Assembly (NCBI GenBank): GCA_963828735.1
Contig: CAWHFW010000005.1
Coordinates: 640,001-704,000 of the forward strand
Length of the DNA stretch: 64,000 nucleotides
Source of the DNA: an uncultured Gemmatimonadales bacterium
GTDB lineage: Bacteria > Gemmatimonadota > Gemmatimonadetes > Gemmatimonadales > GWC2-71-9
Direction: 5' to 3'
The notes under the pieces are model-generated. The model did not search any database and was not told the DNA's origin. It saw only the letters and a list, made by a program, of their open reading frames with translations. Shown piece by piece: positions 17,250 to 26,458 of this stretch. Numbering within the stretch: the first letter of the stretch is position 1; each line of letters opens with the position of its first letter. The position numbers and the translations under genes are program-made.

Positions 17250-18824
17250 ATGCCCTCCACCCCTCCCGTCATCCTCCTCGGCCTCGACGCCGCCGAGATC
17301 GACGTGGTGGATCGCCTCATCGCCACCGGCCGCATGCCGAATCTGGCCAAGCTGCGTGACCAGGGCCGCTGGGGCCGGCTCCAGACCGAGCCCCCTCACT
17401 TCCTGAGCCTGGTCTGGTCCACACTCTTCTGCGGGTCGCGCGTGGGCGATCAGGGCTGGTACTTCAACAAGATCTGGAACCCCGATCGCCAGCGGCTGCA
17501 GTACGTCGACCCCTCGTGGCTCCCCGTGCAGCCGTTCTGGCTGTCGCTCGACCCGGCGTACCGCGTCGCGATCCTCGACCTGCCGTATGCGACCCAGCTC
17601 CCGACGCGGCCCAACATGACGACGCTGCACGGGTGGCAGTGCCACGACGCCTTTGGACACGATTCGCTGCCGCCGGATCTGTGGGCGCGGCTCCTGGAGC
17701 GGCACGGCAAGCCGCGGATGACCGCGGAAGTCTTCGGCCCTCAGACCGCCGCGACCCTGCTGGCCCAGCGGCAGGAGGTGCTGGAGGGAAACCGCCAGTT
17801 CGCCGACATCTGCCGCGACCTGTTGACGCACGATCGCTTCGATCTGTTCCTGGCCGTGTTCGGTCTGGTGCATCGGGGCGCGCACTATTTGTGGGATTTG
17901 TCGCAGATCGGCCGCGACGATGGGGACGGGCCCACCCGCGCGGTGCTGGAAGGCGGCCTGGACGACAGCTACGCGTCCGGCGACGAGGCCCTGGGCCGGG
18001 TGCTCGACGCCGCGCCGGCCGATGCGCGCGTGGTCGTGTTCGCGCTCCACGGCATGGGGCCCAATGACGGCTGGTACGAGTTCCTGCCTCGCATTCTCGA
18101 GCGGATCCACAGTGGCGCGGACGGCGGCGGCGCGCGGGCCAGACCCGGCCTGCTGTTCCGCTTCAAGCGGGCCCTGCCGTGGACGCTGGCGCGCCAGGTA
18201 ACCCGCCGAATCCCCGCTGCCTGGAACAAGGCCCTGGTCCCGCTGTGGTCCCGTCGCATGCACGACTGGCCCAGCACGAGGTACTTCGCCCTGCCCATGG
18301 ACTACAACGGCTACGTCCGCCTCAACCTCAAGGGGCGCGAGCAACAGGGCAGCGTCGACCCGGCGGACGCCGATCGCGTGCTCGCCGAGGTCGACACCGC
18401 GCTCCGAACCTTCCGGGACATCGCCACCGGCAAGCCGGTGATCCGGGGCACGATCAAGGTGGACGAGCTCATCTCCCCCACCGCGCCACGCCGCCGCTAT
18501 CTACCCGATCTGGTCGTGCTGTGGGATCCGCCGGGCCCGGCGTGGGCGTCCCTGGGCGTGGTCTCCGACCAGTTCGGCGAGATTCGCTTCCCCCAGGGCC
18601 GGAAGCTGGCCTCCGGCCGCTCGGGCAACCACACCCCCCATGGCTGGTTCATCGCCAAGGGGCCCGGGATCCCGCCGGGGCGGAGCGCCCGGACCTACGA
18701 CACCGCCGACCTCATGCCCACCATCTTCCAGTGGCTCGGCGCGCCGCGGCCGCCCCATTTCGCCGGCCGCCCGATCGAGGAGCTGGTGGGCGATCAGCGC
18801 GACCCCGCGATGGCGTCCAGGTAG
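17250..18824 (+). CDS. Alkaline phosphatase superfamily protein (type I phosphodiesterase/nucleotide pyrophosphatase-like)
   Basis: LLGLDAA, MPNLAKL, HRGAHYLW, VRLNLKGRE, PDLVVLW, SGNHTPHG, DLMPTI. Confidence 0.8.
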   Translation: MPSTPPVILLGLDAAEIDVVDRLIATGRMPNLAKLRDQGRWGRLQTEPPHFLSLVWSTLFCGSRVGDQGWYFNKIWNPDRQRLQYVDPSWLPVQPFWLSLDPAYRVAILDLPYATQLPTRPNMTTLHGWQCHDAFGHDSLPPDLWARLLERHGKPRMTAEVFGPQTAATLLAQRQEVLEGNRQFADICRDLLTHDRFDLFLAVFGLVHRGAHYLWDLSQIGRDDGDGPTRAVLEGGLDDSYASGDEALGRVLDAAPADARVVVFALHGMGPNDGWYEFLPRILERIHSGADGGGARARPGLLFRFKRALPWTLARQVTRRIPAAWNKALVPLWSRRMHDWPSTRYFALPMDYNGYVRLNLKGREQQGSVDPADADRVLAEVDTALRTFRDIATGKPVIRGTIKVDELISPTAPRRRYLPDLVVLWDPPGPAWASLGVVSDQFGEIRFPQGRKLASGRSGNHTPHGWFIAKGPGIPPGRSARTYDTADLMPTIFQWLGAPRPPHFAGRPIEELVGDQRDPAMASR

Positions 18825-19954
18825 ACCTGTTCCACTCGCGCGGCCATCTGCTCCCACGAGAACTCGCGCCGGACCTGGGCGCGCGCGGCGTCGCCCAGCG
18901 TCCGCGCCAGCGCGCGGTCGGTGAGCAGCCGCTCGATCGCCCCGGCCATCGCGGCCGTATCGCCGTCCGGCACGCACAGGCCGCTCACCTCGTGCCGCAG
19001 CGGCACCGCCGAGCCCTCGAACGAGACGATCGGCAGACCCGCGGCCATGTAGTTGAGCAGCTTCTGCGGGATGCCGGCGCTTCGGACCCGGGGGTTGACC
19101 GCGACCGTCGCGGCGGCCAGCAGCGCCGGCTGCTCCGCGAACGTGGCCCGCCGTACCTCGACGGCATCCAGCACGCCGAGCTGCCGCGCCAGCGGCTCGA
19201 AGGGCGTGAACGGCGAGTCCGTCACGATCACGAGACGCACGTCGGCCCGGCGCGCATGCAGCGCGGCGAACGCCTCGAGCATGAGGTTCACCCCCTGATA
19301 GGGGGCGAGGTTGCCGGTGAAGATGACGGTGTGACCGTCCGGCGCACTCCCCCGCTCGGCCGGGAAGCGCTCCCACTCCACCCCGCTGGGAATGACGTGC
19401 ACGCGCTCGGGCGCGCAGGCGCCGAGGGTCGTGAGCCTGTCGCGGATCGCTTCGCTGACGGCGATGATGCGGTCGGCCCGTCGTGGCAGGTGACCGTCGA
19501 GCCACGGAGCCACCGCCCGGATCCAGCCGCGTGGCACACCGAGCGGATAGGTGGGCAGCTCGCTCGTGAGCAGTGTGTGAGCGTCGTACACGATCGGGAC
19601 GTCCCGGAGCGCGCGGGACGCGACGAGCAGTCCCTCGTAATGATGCGCGTGGACGAGGTCGAAGCGGTGCTCGCGATGCAGGCGGCGCAGCAGGGCCACG
19701 AGCATCGGGTCGAGCTGGCAAAGCTTCCGGACCGTGGGGCCGGGATCGGTGCGGCGATAGCTGGGGACGTCGCGGATCCGGTGGACGACGTAGGGCGCGT
19801 CGGCCACCGCCTCGCCCAGGTGGTAGGTCGCGACATGGACGTCGTGCCCCCGGCGCGCCACGGCTTCGGCCATGCGCTCGATCCGGACGGGCGTGCCGCG
19901 CGGCCAGGGAAACGGGCAGGCCGCGATCATGGCGACGCGCAGGGGCTCAGTCAT
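18794..19954 (-). CDS. Glycosyltransferase family 4
   Basis: ACPFPWPRGTPVR, HAHHYEG, FTGNLAPYQG, PQKLLNYMAAGLPIV. Confidence 0.9.
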   Translation of the reverse strand: MTEPLRVAMIAACPFPWPRGTPVRIERMAEAVARRGHDVHVATYHLGEAVADAPYVVHRIRDVPSYRRTDPGPTVRKLCQLDPMLVALLRRLHREHRFDLVHAHHYEGLLVASRALRDVPIVYDAHTLLTSELPTYPLGVPRGWIRAVAPWLDGHLPRRADRIIAVSEAIRDRLTTLGACAPERVHVIPSGVEWERFPAERGSAPDGHTVIFTGNLAPYQGVNLMLEAFAALHARRADVRLVIVTDSPFTPFEPLARQLGVLDAVEVRRATFAEQPALLAAATVAVNPRVRSAGIPQKLLNYMAAGLPIVSFEGSAVPLRHEVSGLCVPDGDTAAMAGAIERLLTDRALARTLGDAARAQVRREFSWEQMAARVEQVYLDAIAGSR

Positions 19955-21236
19955 CGTGGATCGCGATCGCGGTCTCGAGCTGCTGCTCCGGCTCCAGGGC
20001 CATCCGCGGGTGCCGGGCCATGCTCCGGTAGGCGTCGGCGATCAGCCACACGGCGACGAAGGTCTGCGAGACGACCGTCACCCACGCCGCCCCCAGCGCG
20101 CCGTAGCGCGGGATGGCCACCAGGTTGAGGATCACGTTGAGGGCGACGCCGAAGGCCATGATGACGACGGCGCGCCATTCCCGTATCGTGGACGACGCCA
20201 GCAGCATCGCCACCGTCGCGATGTACAGCCCCGGCACGCTCAGGTACAGCACCCGGAGCACCTCGGCCGAATCATCATACGTGTTGGTGTAGACGATCCG
20301 GATGATCGGCAGGGCCAGCAGGGCCACGAGCCCCCACGCCGCCACGCCGAGGACGGCCATGCCGGCGAACATCTTGTGCATCAGGCGGCGGAGCTCGCCC
20401 CACTGCTGCCGGGACGCGAGTGCCGCGCACACTGGGAGCAGGATCAGGGTCAACGGCCGGACCACGAATTGGGACGCCTCGAGCAGCTTGGCAGCCGCCT
20501 GGTAGCGGGCCACCTGCTCGTACGGCTGCAGGTAGCCCAGCATCACCGTGTCGGCGCCGAAGTGCACCAGCCCCGCGACCGAGAGCACGAAGAGCCAGAT
20601 CGACTCCTTGAAGACGCGCTGCATCCGGCGCCACCCGCTTCGCAGCCGGATGGGCCCGATCTTGAGCCGCGTGATCCCGGCCGCCACACCCAGCAGCACC
20701 GCGCCGCTCAGCACGTGGGCCCCGGTCATCCATGCCAGCCCGCCGCCGGTCAGGGCACCGGCAGCTACCGCCAGCACGAGCGCGACGAGCGACGCCCCGA
20801 ACGCCACGACCGTGTACCCGATCTGATGGAGCCCCTGGAAGAGCGAGGAGTAGGTGCGGTAGATGTCCTTGCACACGCTGAACACGGCGATGGCCGCGGC
20901 CACCGCCAAGGCGTCCGGCTTGGTGACCGCCACCCAGGCGGGCAGGAGCACGAGATACGCCGCGACGAGGGGCAGGCGCGCCGACAGCACGGCCTCGAGC
21001 CGGCGCCGGGCCCCGGCGGGCGCGGCCGCCACTCGGCGCGACAGGTCCGTGCTGGCGCCCAGGTCCGTGGCGAGCACGGTCACCCCGCAGAGGGTGAGGG
21101 CGAACATCAGCTTGCCGTACTCCGCCTGGGACAGCAGCCGTGCCATGACGGCGAGCACGACGAAGCCGAGCACCTTGAAGGCCAGCTGCGAGGCGAAGGC
21201 GATCACCAGGTCACGCCGGATCTTCCCCTTCCTCAT
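19947..21236 (-). CDS. Wzx-like polysaccharide flippase
   Basis: ARLLSQAEYGK, DLG, ADTVMLG, NLVAIPRYGALGAAW; about 12 TM helices. Confidence 0.88.
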   Translation of the reverse strand: MRKGKIRRDLVIAFASQLAFKVLGFVVLAVMARLLSQAEYGKLMFALTLCGVTVLATDLGASTDLSRRVAAAPAGARRRLEAVLSARLPLVAAYLVLLPAWVAVTKPDALAVAAAIAVFSVCKDIYRTYSSLFQGLHQIGYTVVAFGASLVALVLAVAAGALTGGGLAWMTGAHVLSGAVLLGVAAGITRLKIGPIRLRSGWRRMQRVFKESIWLFVLSVAGLVHFGADTVMLGYLQPYEQVARYQAAAKLLEASQFVVRPLTLILLPVCAALASRQQWGELRRLMHKMFAGMAVLGVAAWGLVALLALPIIRIVYTNTYDDSAEVLRVLYLSVPGLYIATVAMLLASSTIREWRAVVIMAFGVALNVILNLVAIPRYGALGAAWVTVVSQTFVAVWLIADAYRSMARHPRMALEPEQQLETAIAIHDD

Positions 21237-22300
21237 GAGTCGCGTCCGCCCGCCAACCGCCAGTTAAGCCTGGCGACCAGGTCGAGCGCGCGCTGCGCCG
21301 CGCCCTCGAGCGCGGAATGCCGCCACCTCGGGTTGTAGGGAAAGGGACCGGCGGTCAGGACCTCGAGGTCCCGGCGTCGCCGGCTGGTCCGCATGTCCCG
21401 GCGCACGTCGCGCACATGGGGCAGCATCCGGACCGTCGATCCGGCCGCCCAGAGCCAATGCCCGATCCAGCCTTTCCTGACCGCGCCGAGCAACTGGAAC
21501 GTCTCGAACACGCCCAGCGCCGGCGCGAACCGGAGCAGCGTGCCCGGCTGGTACAGCATCAGGACCGTCAACCAGCGGTTGCGAATGGTGTGGCGGACCC
21601 GGAAGGGGGTGAAGCGTCCGGTCTCGCGGACCGAGAGGCCGATGGTGCCGGCCCGGTGCAGGCAGCGGGCCGCCGGCACGATGAGGCAGTCGTACCCCTG
21701 GAGGCTGGCTCTGAGGCCGAACTCATGGTCCTCCAGATAGATGAAGAGACCCTCGTCGAACCAGCGCCGGTCGCCGAAGCGCGCCCGGTCCACCATCACG
21801 CAGCAGGTGATCGCGCTCCCCACGGCACGGACGACGTCCTCCAACTCGGCCGCGGGCGTGTCCGCCCGGAGCGGCGCCGTCGTCCCGAGGAAGTGCGGCA
21901 CGGCGCCGGCGTACTGGACCGTGTCGGGCGCGTGCTCGTAGAGCACCGCCGCCATCGCCAGGATCGCGCTGGCGTGCCCGTCGAGCGCCGCGGAGAGCGC
22001 CTCCACGCTGCCGGGCTGCGGCTCGACGTCGTTGTCGATCAGCAGGACCCGGTCGTGCGCCGCCTCGCGGATGGCGCGGTTGCGGGCCGCGGCGGGGCCG
22101 AGGTTGGCGCCCAGCTCGATCACGCGGAGCCGGGGGGCTTCCGCGCGCGCGAGCGCCACGCCGCCGTCGGCGGAGCCGCTGTCGATGAGCAGCACGTCGT
22201 CCACGGCAGGGCCCAGCCGGGCCACCGCGCGGAGCGTCTGCCGCAGGTACGACTCCCCATTGTGGTTCACGATCCCGACGGAGACGCGACGAGCGGCCAC
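21233..22300 (-). CDS. Glycosyltransferase family 2
   Basis: IVNHNG, DSGSADG, NLGPAAARN, IDND, FIYLEDHEF. Confidence 0.9.
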   Translation of the reverse strand: MAARRVSVGIVNHNGESYLRQTLRAVARLGPAVDDVLLIDSGSADGGVALARAEAPRLRVIELGANLGPAAARNRAIREAAHDRVLLIDNDVEPQPGSVEALSAALDGHASAILAMAAVLYEHAPDTVQYAGAVPHFLGTTAPLRADTPAAELEDVVRAVGSAITCCVMVDRARFGDRRWFDEGLFIYLEDHEFGLRASLQGYDCLIVPAARCLHRAGTIGLSVRETGRFTPFRVRHTIRNRWLTVLMLYQPGTLLRFAPALGVFETFQLLGAVRKGWIGHWLWAAGSTVRMLPHVRDVRRDMRTSRRRRDLEVLTAGPFPYNPRWRHSALEGAAQRALDLVARLNWRLAGGRDS

Positions 22301-22426
22301 GGATACCTGTCGTGTCTGGGGAGCGAGCGACGTTGACGCGGATTGGTGTCGCCATTAGAGATCGGCGGGCATTCCTCTGATCGCCGGACCTCCGGGTCGG
22401 CCGAATAATACCACGGACCCCCCACC

Positions 22427-24046
22427 ATGATCCTCGATGGCCAGCAGGGACTCGGGCACGAGCTGCCGCACTACGACCTCTGCATCGTCGGCGCCGGCGC
22501 GGCGGGCATCACGCTGGCCCTGGAGCTCGAGGGAACGGGATTGCGCGTGTGCCTGCTGGAAGCGGGCGGGCCGGGATACGAGGCGGAGACCCAGCGCCTG
22601 CTCGAGGGCGAGGTCGTCGGCCAGCCGTATCCCATGCTCCGGGACACCCGGGTCGGCGCCCTCGGCGGCTCCACCACCGTGTGGGCGGGCTGGTGCCGTC
22701 CGCTCGAGGCGCTGGACTTGGAGCCCCGGGACTGGTGCGGCGCCGCCGGATGGCCCTTCGGCCTCGACGAGCTTCGTCCCTGGTACGTCCGAGCCCACGA
22801 GATCTGCGGGCTCGCCGCCTTCGAGTACGCCCCCGAGCGCTGGGCCCACGTCCTCGGCCCGCCCGGAATGCTGCCCGACGATCCCGCCTTCGCCAACGAG
22901 ATCTTTCACGTCCAGATCCAGGACTTCGGCCGGCGCTATCGGGAGCGGCTCGAGCGATCGACGGCCATCGATCTGCTGCTGCACGCCCCGGTCACGCGCC
23001 TGCGTCTGGAGGGCTCGGCCTGCACGGCGGTCGAGATCCGCACGCTCGGCGGAGCCGACCTGGCCATCCGCGCGGACCGGTTCGTGCTCGCCGCCGGCGG
23101 CATCGAGAATCCCAGGCTCCTGCTGGTCTCCGCGGCCGACCCGGCCGGCGGGCCCGGTAATGCCGGCGGGCTCGTCGGCCGCTATTTCGCCGATCACGCG
23201 TTCGTCGATCCGGGGACCCTGGTCCTGCGGGAGCCGGCCTCGCTGGGCTTCTATCACGGGCGTTCGGTGGACTCGGCCCCAGGGGCCGCGTCCGTCCGGG
23301 GGGCCCTCTCACTCCGCCGCGAGGTCGTGGAGCGCGAGCGCCTCATGAACGCGGCCTGGTGGTTCCATCCCCGCTACGAGGCCCATCGGGCCTTCGCGAC
23401 CGAGGAGGTCAAGGCCTTCCTGCAGCTCTGGAACAAGTTCCAACGGCGAGGGGTCCCGGGAGCGGTCTGGCCGTATGCCAAGCAGGCCGCGAGAGCACCT
23501 CACCGGGTGGCCGCGGCGATGGCGCGGAAGCTTCTGGTGCGCCAGGGGACCGCCCGGCGCTGGCGCATGCGCGCGTCCTTCGAGATCGCGTTCCGGCACG
23601 ACAACCGCGTCACGCTGAGCGACGCGCGCGACCGACTCGGCAGGCCCAAGGTCCGCATCGACTGGCAGGTCGCCGAGTCGGACATCGAGAACATGCGCCG
23701 GGTGACGCAGCTTCTCGACCAGGCCGTCCGGCAGGCCGGCGTCGGCTACCTGGAGCGCGCCTTTCCGGACGATTCCGCGGCGTGGCGGCGGACCCTGGAG
23801 GCCGGCAAGCACCACATGGGAACCACCCGGATGCACGCCGCGTCACGACACGGCGTTGTGGACGAGCACGGCCGGGTCCACGGGACGACGAACCTGTTCG
23901 TCACCGGTAGCTCGGTCTTTCCGAGCGGTGGGTATGCCAATCCCACGCTGACGATCGTCGCACTGGCGGCTCGGCTGGGGGATCATCTCAAGCGGGTGAC
24001 CGGCGCCCTCAGGCCCGCGCCTGGGGCCATCGCGGGGCGCGAGTGA
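22427..24046 (+). CDS. GMC family FAD-dependent oxidoreductase
   Basis: IVGAGAAG FAD motif, LGGSTTVWAG, AAGGIENPRLLL, HHMGTTRM, ANPTLTIVALA. Confidence 0.9.
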   Translation: MILDGQQGLGHELPHYDLCIVGAGAAGITLALELEGTGLRVCLLEAGGPGYEAETQRLLEGEVVGQPYPMLRDTRVGALGGSTTVWAGWCRPLEALDLEPRDWCGAAGWPFGLDELRPWYVRAHEICGLAAFEYAPERWAHVLGPPGMLPDDPAFANEIFHVQIQDFGRRYRERLERSTAIDLLLHAPVTRLRLEGSACTAVEIRTLGGADLAIRADRFVLAAGGIENPRLLLVSAADPAGGPGNAGGLVGRYFADHAFVDPGTLVLREPASLGFYHGRSVDSAPGAASVRGALSLRREVVERERLMNAAWWFHPRYEAHRAFATEEVKAFLQLWNKFQRRGVPGAVWPYAKQAARAPHRVAAAMARKLLVRQGTARRWRMRASFEIAFRHDNRVTLSDARDRLGRPKVRIDWQVAESDIENMRRVTQLLDQAVRQAGVGYLERAFPDDSAAWRRTLEAGKHHMGTTRMHAASRHGVVDEHGRVHGTTNLFVTGSSVFPSGGYANPTLTIVALAARLGDHLKRVTGALRPAPGAIAGRE

Positions 24047-24098
24047 TGCGGTAACTTGGTTGGAAGGTTGAGCCGAGCACGCCAAGGAGACCTAATCA

Positions 24099-24494
24099 AT
24101 GACGCTCGAATGCATCAATCCCAAAGATCTGCCTACTCCGCAAACGTACACCCAGGTCGTCGTTGCGACGGGAAGCAAGATGGTATTCGTATCGGGCCAG
24201 GAGCCCGAAGACATACATGGCAAGCTTGTTGGCCCTGATGATCTTGCTACTCAGGCGCGCCAGGTGTTTGGCAATCTCGGCCGAGCACTTGCTGCTGCCG
24301 GTGCGCGGCCTGCGCAGGTCACCAGGATCACAATCTACGTCGTCAATTACAAACGCGACGAATGCTTGCCGATTATTGAAAAGGCCCGGATAGCGCTGTT
24401 CGGAGATCACAAGCCAGCGGACGTGGTGCTCGGCGTAGCGACGCTGTCCCCCGACTACCTGATCGAAGTTGACGCGATCGCGATCATTGATTGA
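24099..24494 (+). CDS. RidA/YjgF/UK114 family protein
   Basis: YTQVV, FVSGQ, QARQVFGNL, LIEVDAIA; AAGGAG RBS; visibly lower GC than neighbours. Confidence 0.88.
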   Translation: MTLECINPKDLPTPQTYTQVVVATGSKMVFVSGQEPEDIHGKLVGPDDLATQARQVFGNLGRALAAAGARPAQVTRITIYVVNYKRDECLPIIEKARIALFGDHKPADVVLGVATLSPDYLIEVDAIAIID

Positions 24495-24526
24495 CCATAC
24501 CACCGAGATTGACCATACCACCGAGA
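24489..24526. repeat. 18-bp perfect tandem duplication at the RidA stop codon
   Basis: gattgaccataccaccga x2 (24489-24506, 24507-24524) plus ga. Confidence 0.85.
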
Positions 24527-24776
24527 GCTACACAAGGACGCGGTAGAGCATCTCTCCGGGGATGCCCTGCGGGAGATTGACGCCTTCCTCCGGAAGTCGG
24601 GCAAGGTCATCATCCCGTCTACGGTACGGGAGGTACTAAGACAAGCACCTAGCCGCCCCGGTGTTATCCCCGCAGGTCCAAAATCACCCCAAGACGGGCA
24701 ACCGGGAAACAAGAGCGGCAACAAGCCCGGTTGCCCGTAACCTGTCGCCGCTCTGGCTAAATCCGTTGTCTTGTTC

Positions 24777-24821
24777 AGGCTCCCGAGGAGGGACTCGAAT
24801 CCCCGACCCGGTGATTAACAG
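24777..24821 (-). repeat. att site: duplicated 3-prime half of tRNA-Asn
   Basis: 45 bp identical to 28711-28755 except one base (24800 t vs 28734 c); identity ends at the anticodon loop CTGTTAA. Confidence 0.92.
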
Positions 24822-24913
24822 GAAGCGATAGCCCGCCGGGCGGGCCGTGCGGCGCAACGACTTGCGCGCTCGCGCCGGGCCGATGTTATCCCACTGTTAT
24901 CCTCGCGCCTGGA

Positions 24914-25987
24914 TCATCCGCCTTGAGGCGGCGCTGGACCGTCAGGCGCAGGCGAGCGAGTCGAGAGGGTTGGCGCGTAGCCCCGCATGGTGTAAGCCCC
25001 ATCTCGAAGGAACACGAGTTCGCCTTCCAACTCGTCGGGGATCAGCTCCGTAAGTCGCTCGACGCACACCGCCAGCACATCGTGCCCGGTAATCAAACAG
25101 TGCTGCGCCATGTCGAGCTTCTCTTGCCGCCAGTGCAAGAGGCCTTTGTTCAGGTCGCCCACTGCCTGGTGGAACAGTCTGAATGCCTCGACGGCCTTAT
25201 GTTGAGCCTCCTTGCTAGCCGCCGGGGCATTGTCGATGAGGGCTTCCGCGCGATCTTCAGCGGCCTTCATCTCATTGGCTCCGCACCGCTTCCATGCCCA
25301 TGCTTGAAGAAGGTGGAGCCGCTCGCTGTTGGTGCCACGCACCTCGGCGACCAAGTCGCCGGGCAGTCGGTCGGAGTAAGGGACCGGCTCGTCCAGCCAC
25401 GAACGTAGTTGCCGCGCGAGCTTGAATGCGGCCCATCCGATGCGCTTGTCAGCCGCGTCCCCCTGCTGTGCCCGGACCTGTTGCTCCAACTCGCGCCGCT
25501 CTCGCTCGTGGCGCGCAACCATTGCGTTCTGTGCCCGCTGCAACCGGAAGAGCAGAATCGAGAACACCCCCGACACGAAGAGCGCGCCAATAGCAATCCT
25601 GTTCGCGACTGACCAACCTTCGGGAGAAGAAGCGACCCTGACTGTGTCGGCGACGTGCACCGACAACGAACCGAGAGTTGCCCGCACACTGTCAGCAATG
25701 TGCATTGAGCCGAGGATAGCTCGGACCGAGTCACTGACTGTTTCGGCGATGTGCGCCGACAACGAACCGAGAGTTGCCCGCACACTATCAGCAATGTGCG
25801 TGGAGCCGAGGATAGCTCGGACCGAGTCACTGACTGTTTCGGCGACATGCACCGACAACGAACCGAGAGTTGCCCGCACACTATCAGCAATGTGCGTGGA
25901 GCCGAGGATAGCTCGGACCGAATCACTCAGGACAGAGACGGGAACGTGGACGGTATCCTGCACGGGCGGCGTCAACCCGGCCGTCAC
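24914..25987 (-). CDS. Hypothetical single-pass membrane protein with three 32-aa repeats
   Basis: Long ORF; GTG at 25987 overlaps the integrase TGA; repeats, then hydrophobic helix IAIGALFVSGVFSILLF, then helical C-terminal domain. Confidence 0.6.
   Translation of the reverse strand: MTAGLTPPVQDTVHVPVSVLSDSVRAILGSTHIADSVRATLGSLSVHVAETVSDSVRAILGSTHIADSVRATLGSLSAHIAETVSDSVRAILGSMHIADSVRATLGSLSVHVADTVRVASSPEGWSVANRIAIGALFVSGVFSILLFRLQRAQNAMVARHERERRELEQQVRAQQGDAADKRIGWAAFKLARQLRSWLDEPVPYSDRLPGDLVAEVRGTNSERLHLLQAWAWKRCGANEMKAAEDRAEALIDNAPAASKEAQHKAVEAFRLFHQAVGDLNKGLLHWRQEKLDMAQHCLITGHDVLAVCVERLTELIPDELEGELVFLRDGAYTMRGYAPTLSTRSPAPDGPAPPQGG
25638..25927. repeat. 96-bp tandem repeat, 3 copies
   Basis: gctcggaccg recurs at 25719, 25815 and 25911; copies nearly identical. 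Confidence 0.95.
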
Positions 25988-26394
25988 ACGCCCGCCGCCC
26001 AATAGGCTTCCAGCTTCGCCACCGCATCCCCGTCCTGCCCGCTCAGCACGTGCCCGTACACGTCGAGCGTCATCTTGGCGCTGGCGTGGCCGACGCGCTT
26101 CGCGACCACGTGTACCGGCGTCCCTGCCGCGAGCAGGTGCGTCACGTGCGTGTGTCGCAGGTCGTACACCCGGACATCGGGCAGCGGGTAGTAGGCCGTG
26201 AGGAGCGGCTTGAAGTGCCGCGCCGAGATGGGCGGGGCGCTCGACCTCAAGAGTCGCACCTCGGATTTCGGCCGTCCGCTCTTGCCCGGTTTCCCGCCCG
26301 AGTTGCCGGGATTGCCGCCACGAAGGCGGCCTTGGGCGTCGCGCTCGGGCCGACCTTGACGCGCCGAGTTCTCCGCCGAGTTTTGCCGGCGCAT
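25984..26394 (-). pseudogene. Tyrosine integrase C-terminal fragment fused to an unrelated phage-like N-terminus
   Basis: RHFKPLL..VYDLRHTHVTHLLAAG..VAKRVGHAS..TLDVYGH box II motifs; no box I or N-terminal domains; N-terminus is GGNPGNSGGKPGKSGRPK. Confidence 0.85.
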
Positions 26395-26458
26395 AGGGTC
26401 ACCTACCGCGCATGAGGGTATCGGAGCTTGGCTCAACTGTTCGTCGCCCTAGAAGACG

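Noticed and set aside
24068..24494. ridA as an integron cassette (GTTGAGC before the RBS)
   Set aside because: No inverse core site or attC after the stop codon
24777..24821. Second tRNA-Asn gene
   Set aside because: Only the 3-prime half is present and it carries a T-stem mismatch; this is an att duplication
25638..25927. 96-bp repeats as a CRISPR array
   Set aside because: Whole units repeat with no unique spacers, the period is a multiple of 3 inside an ORF, and no cas genes are present
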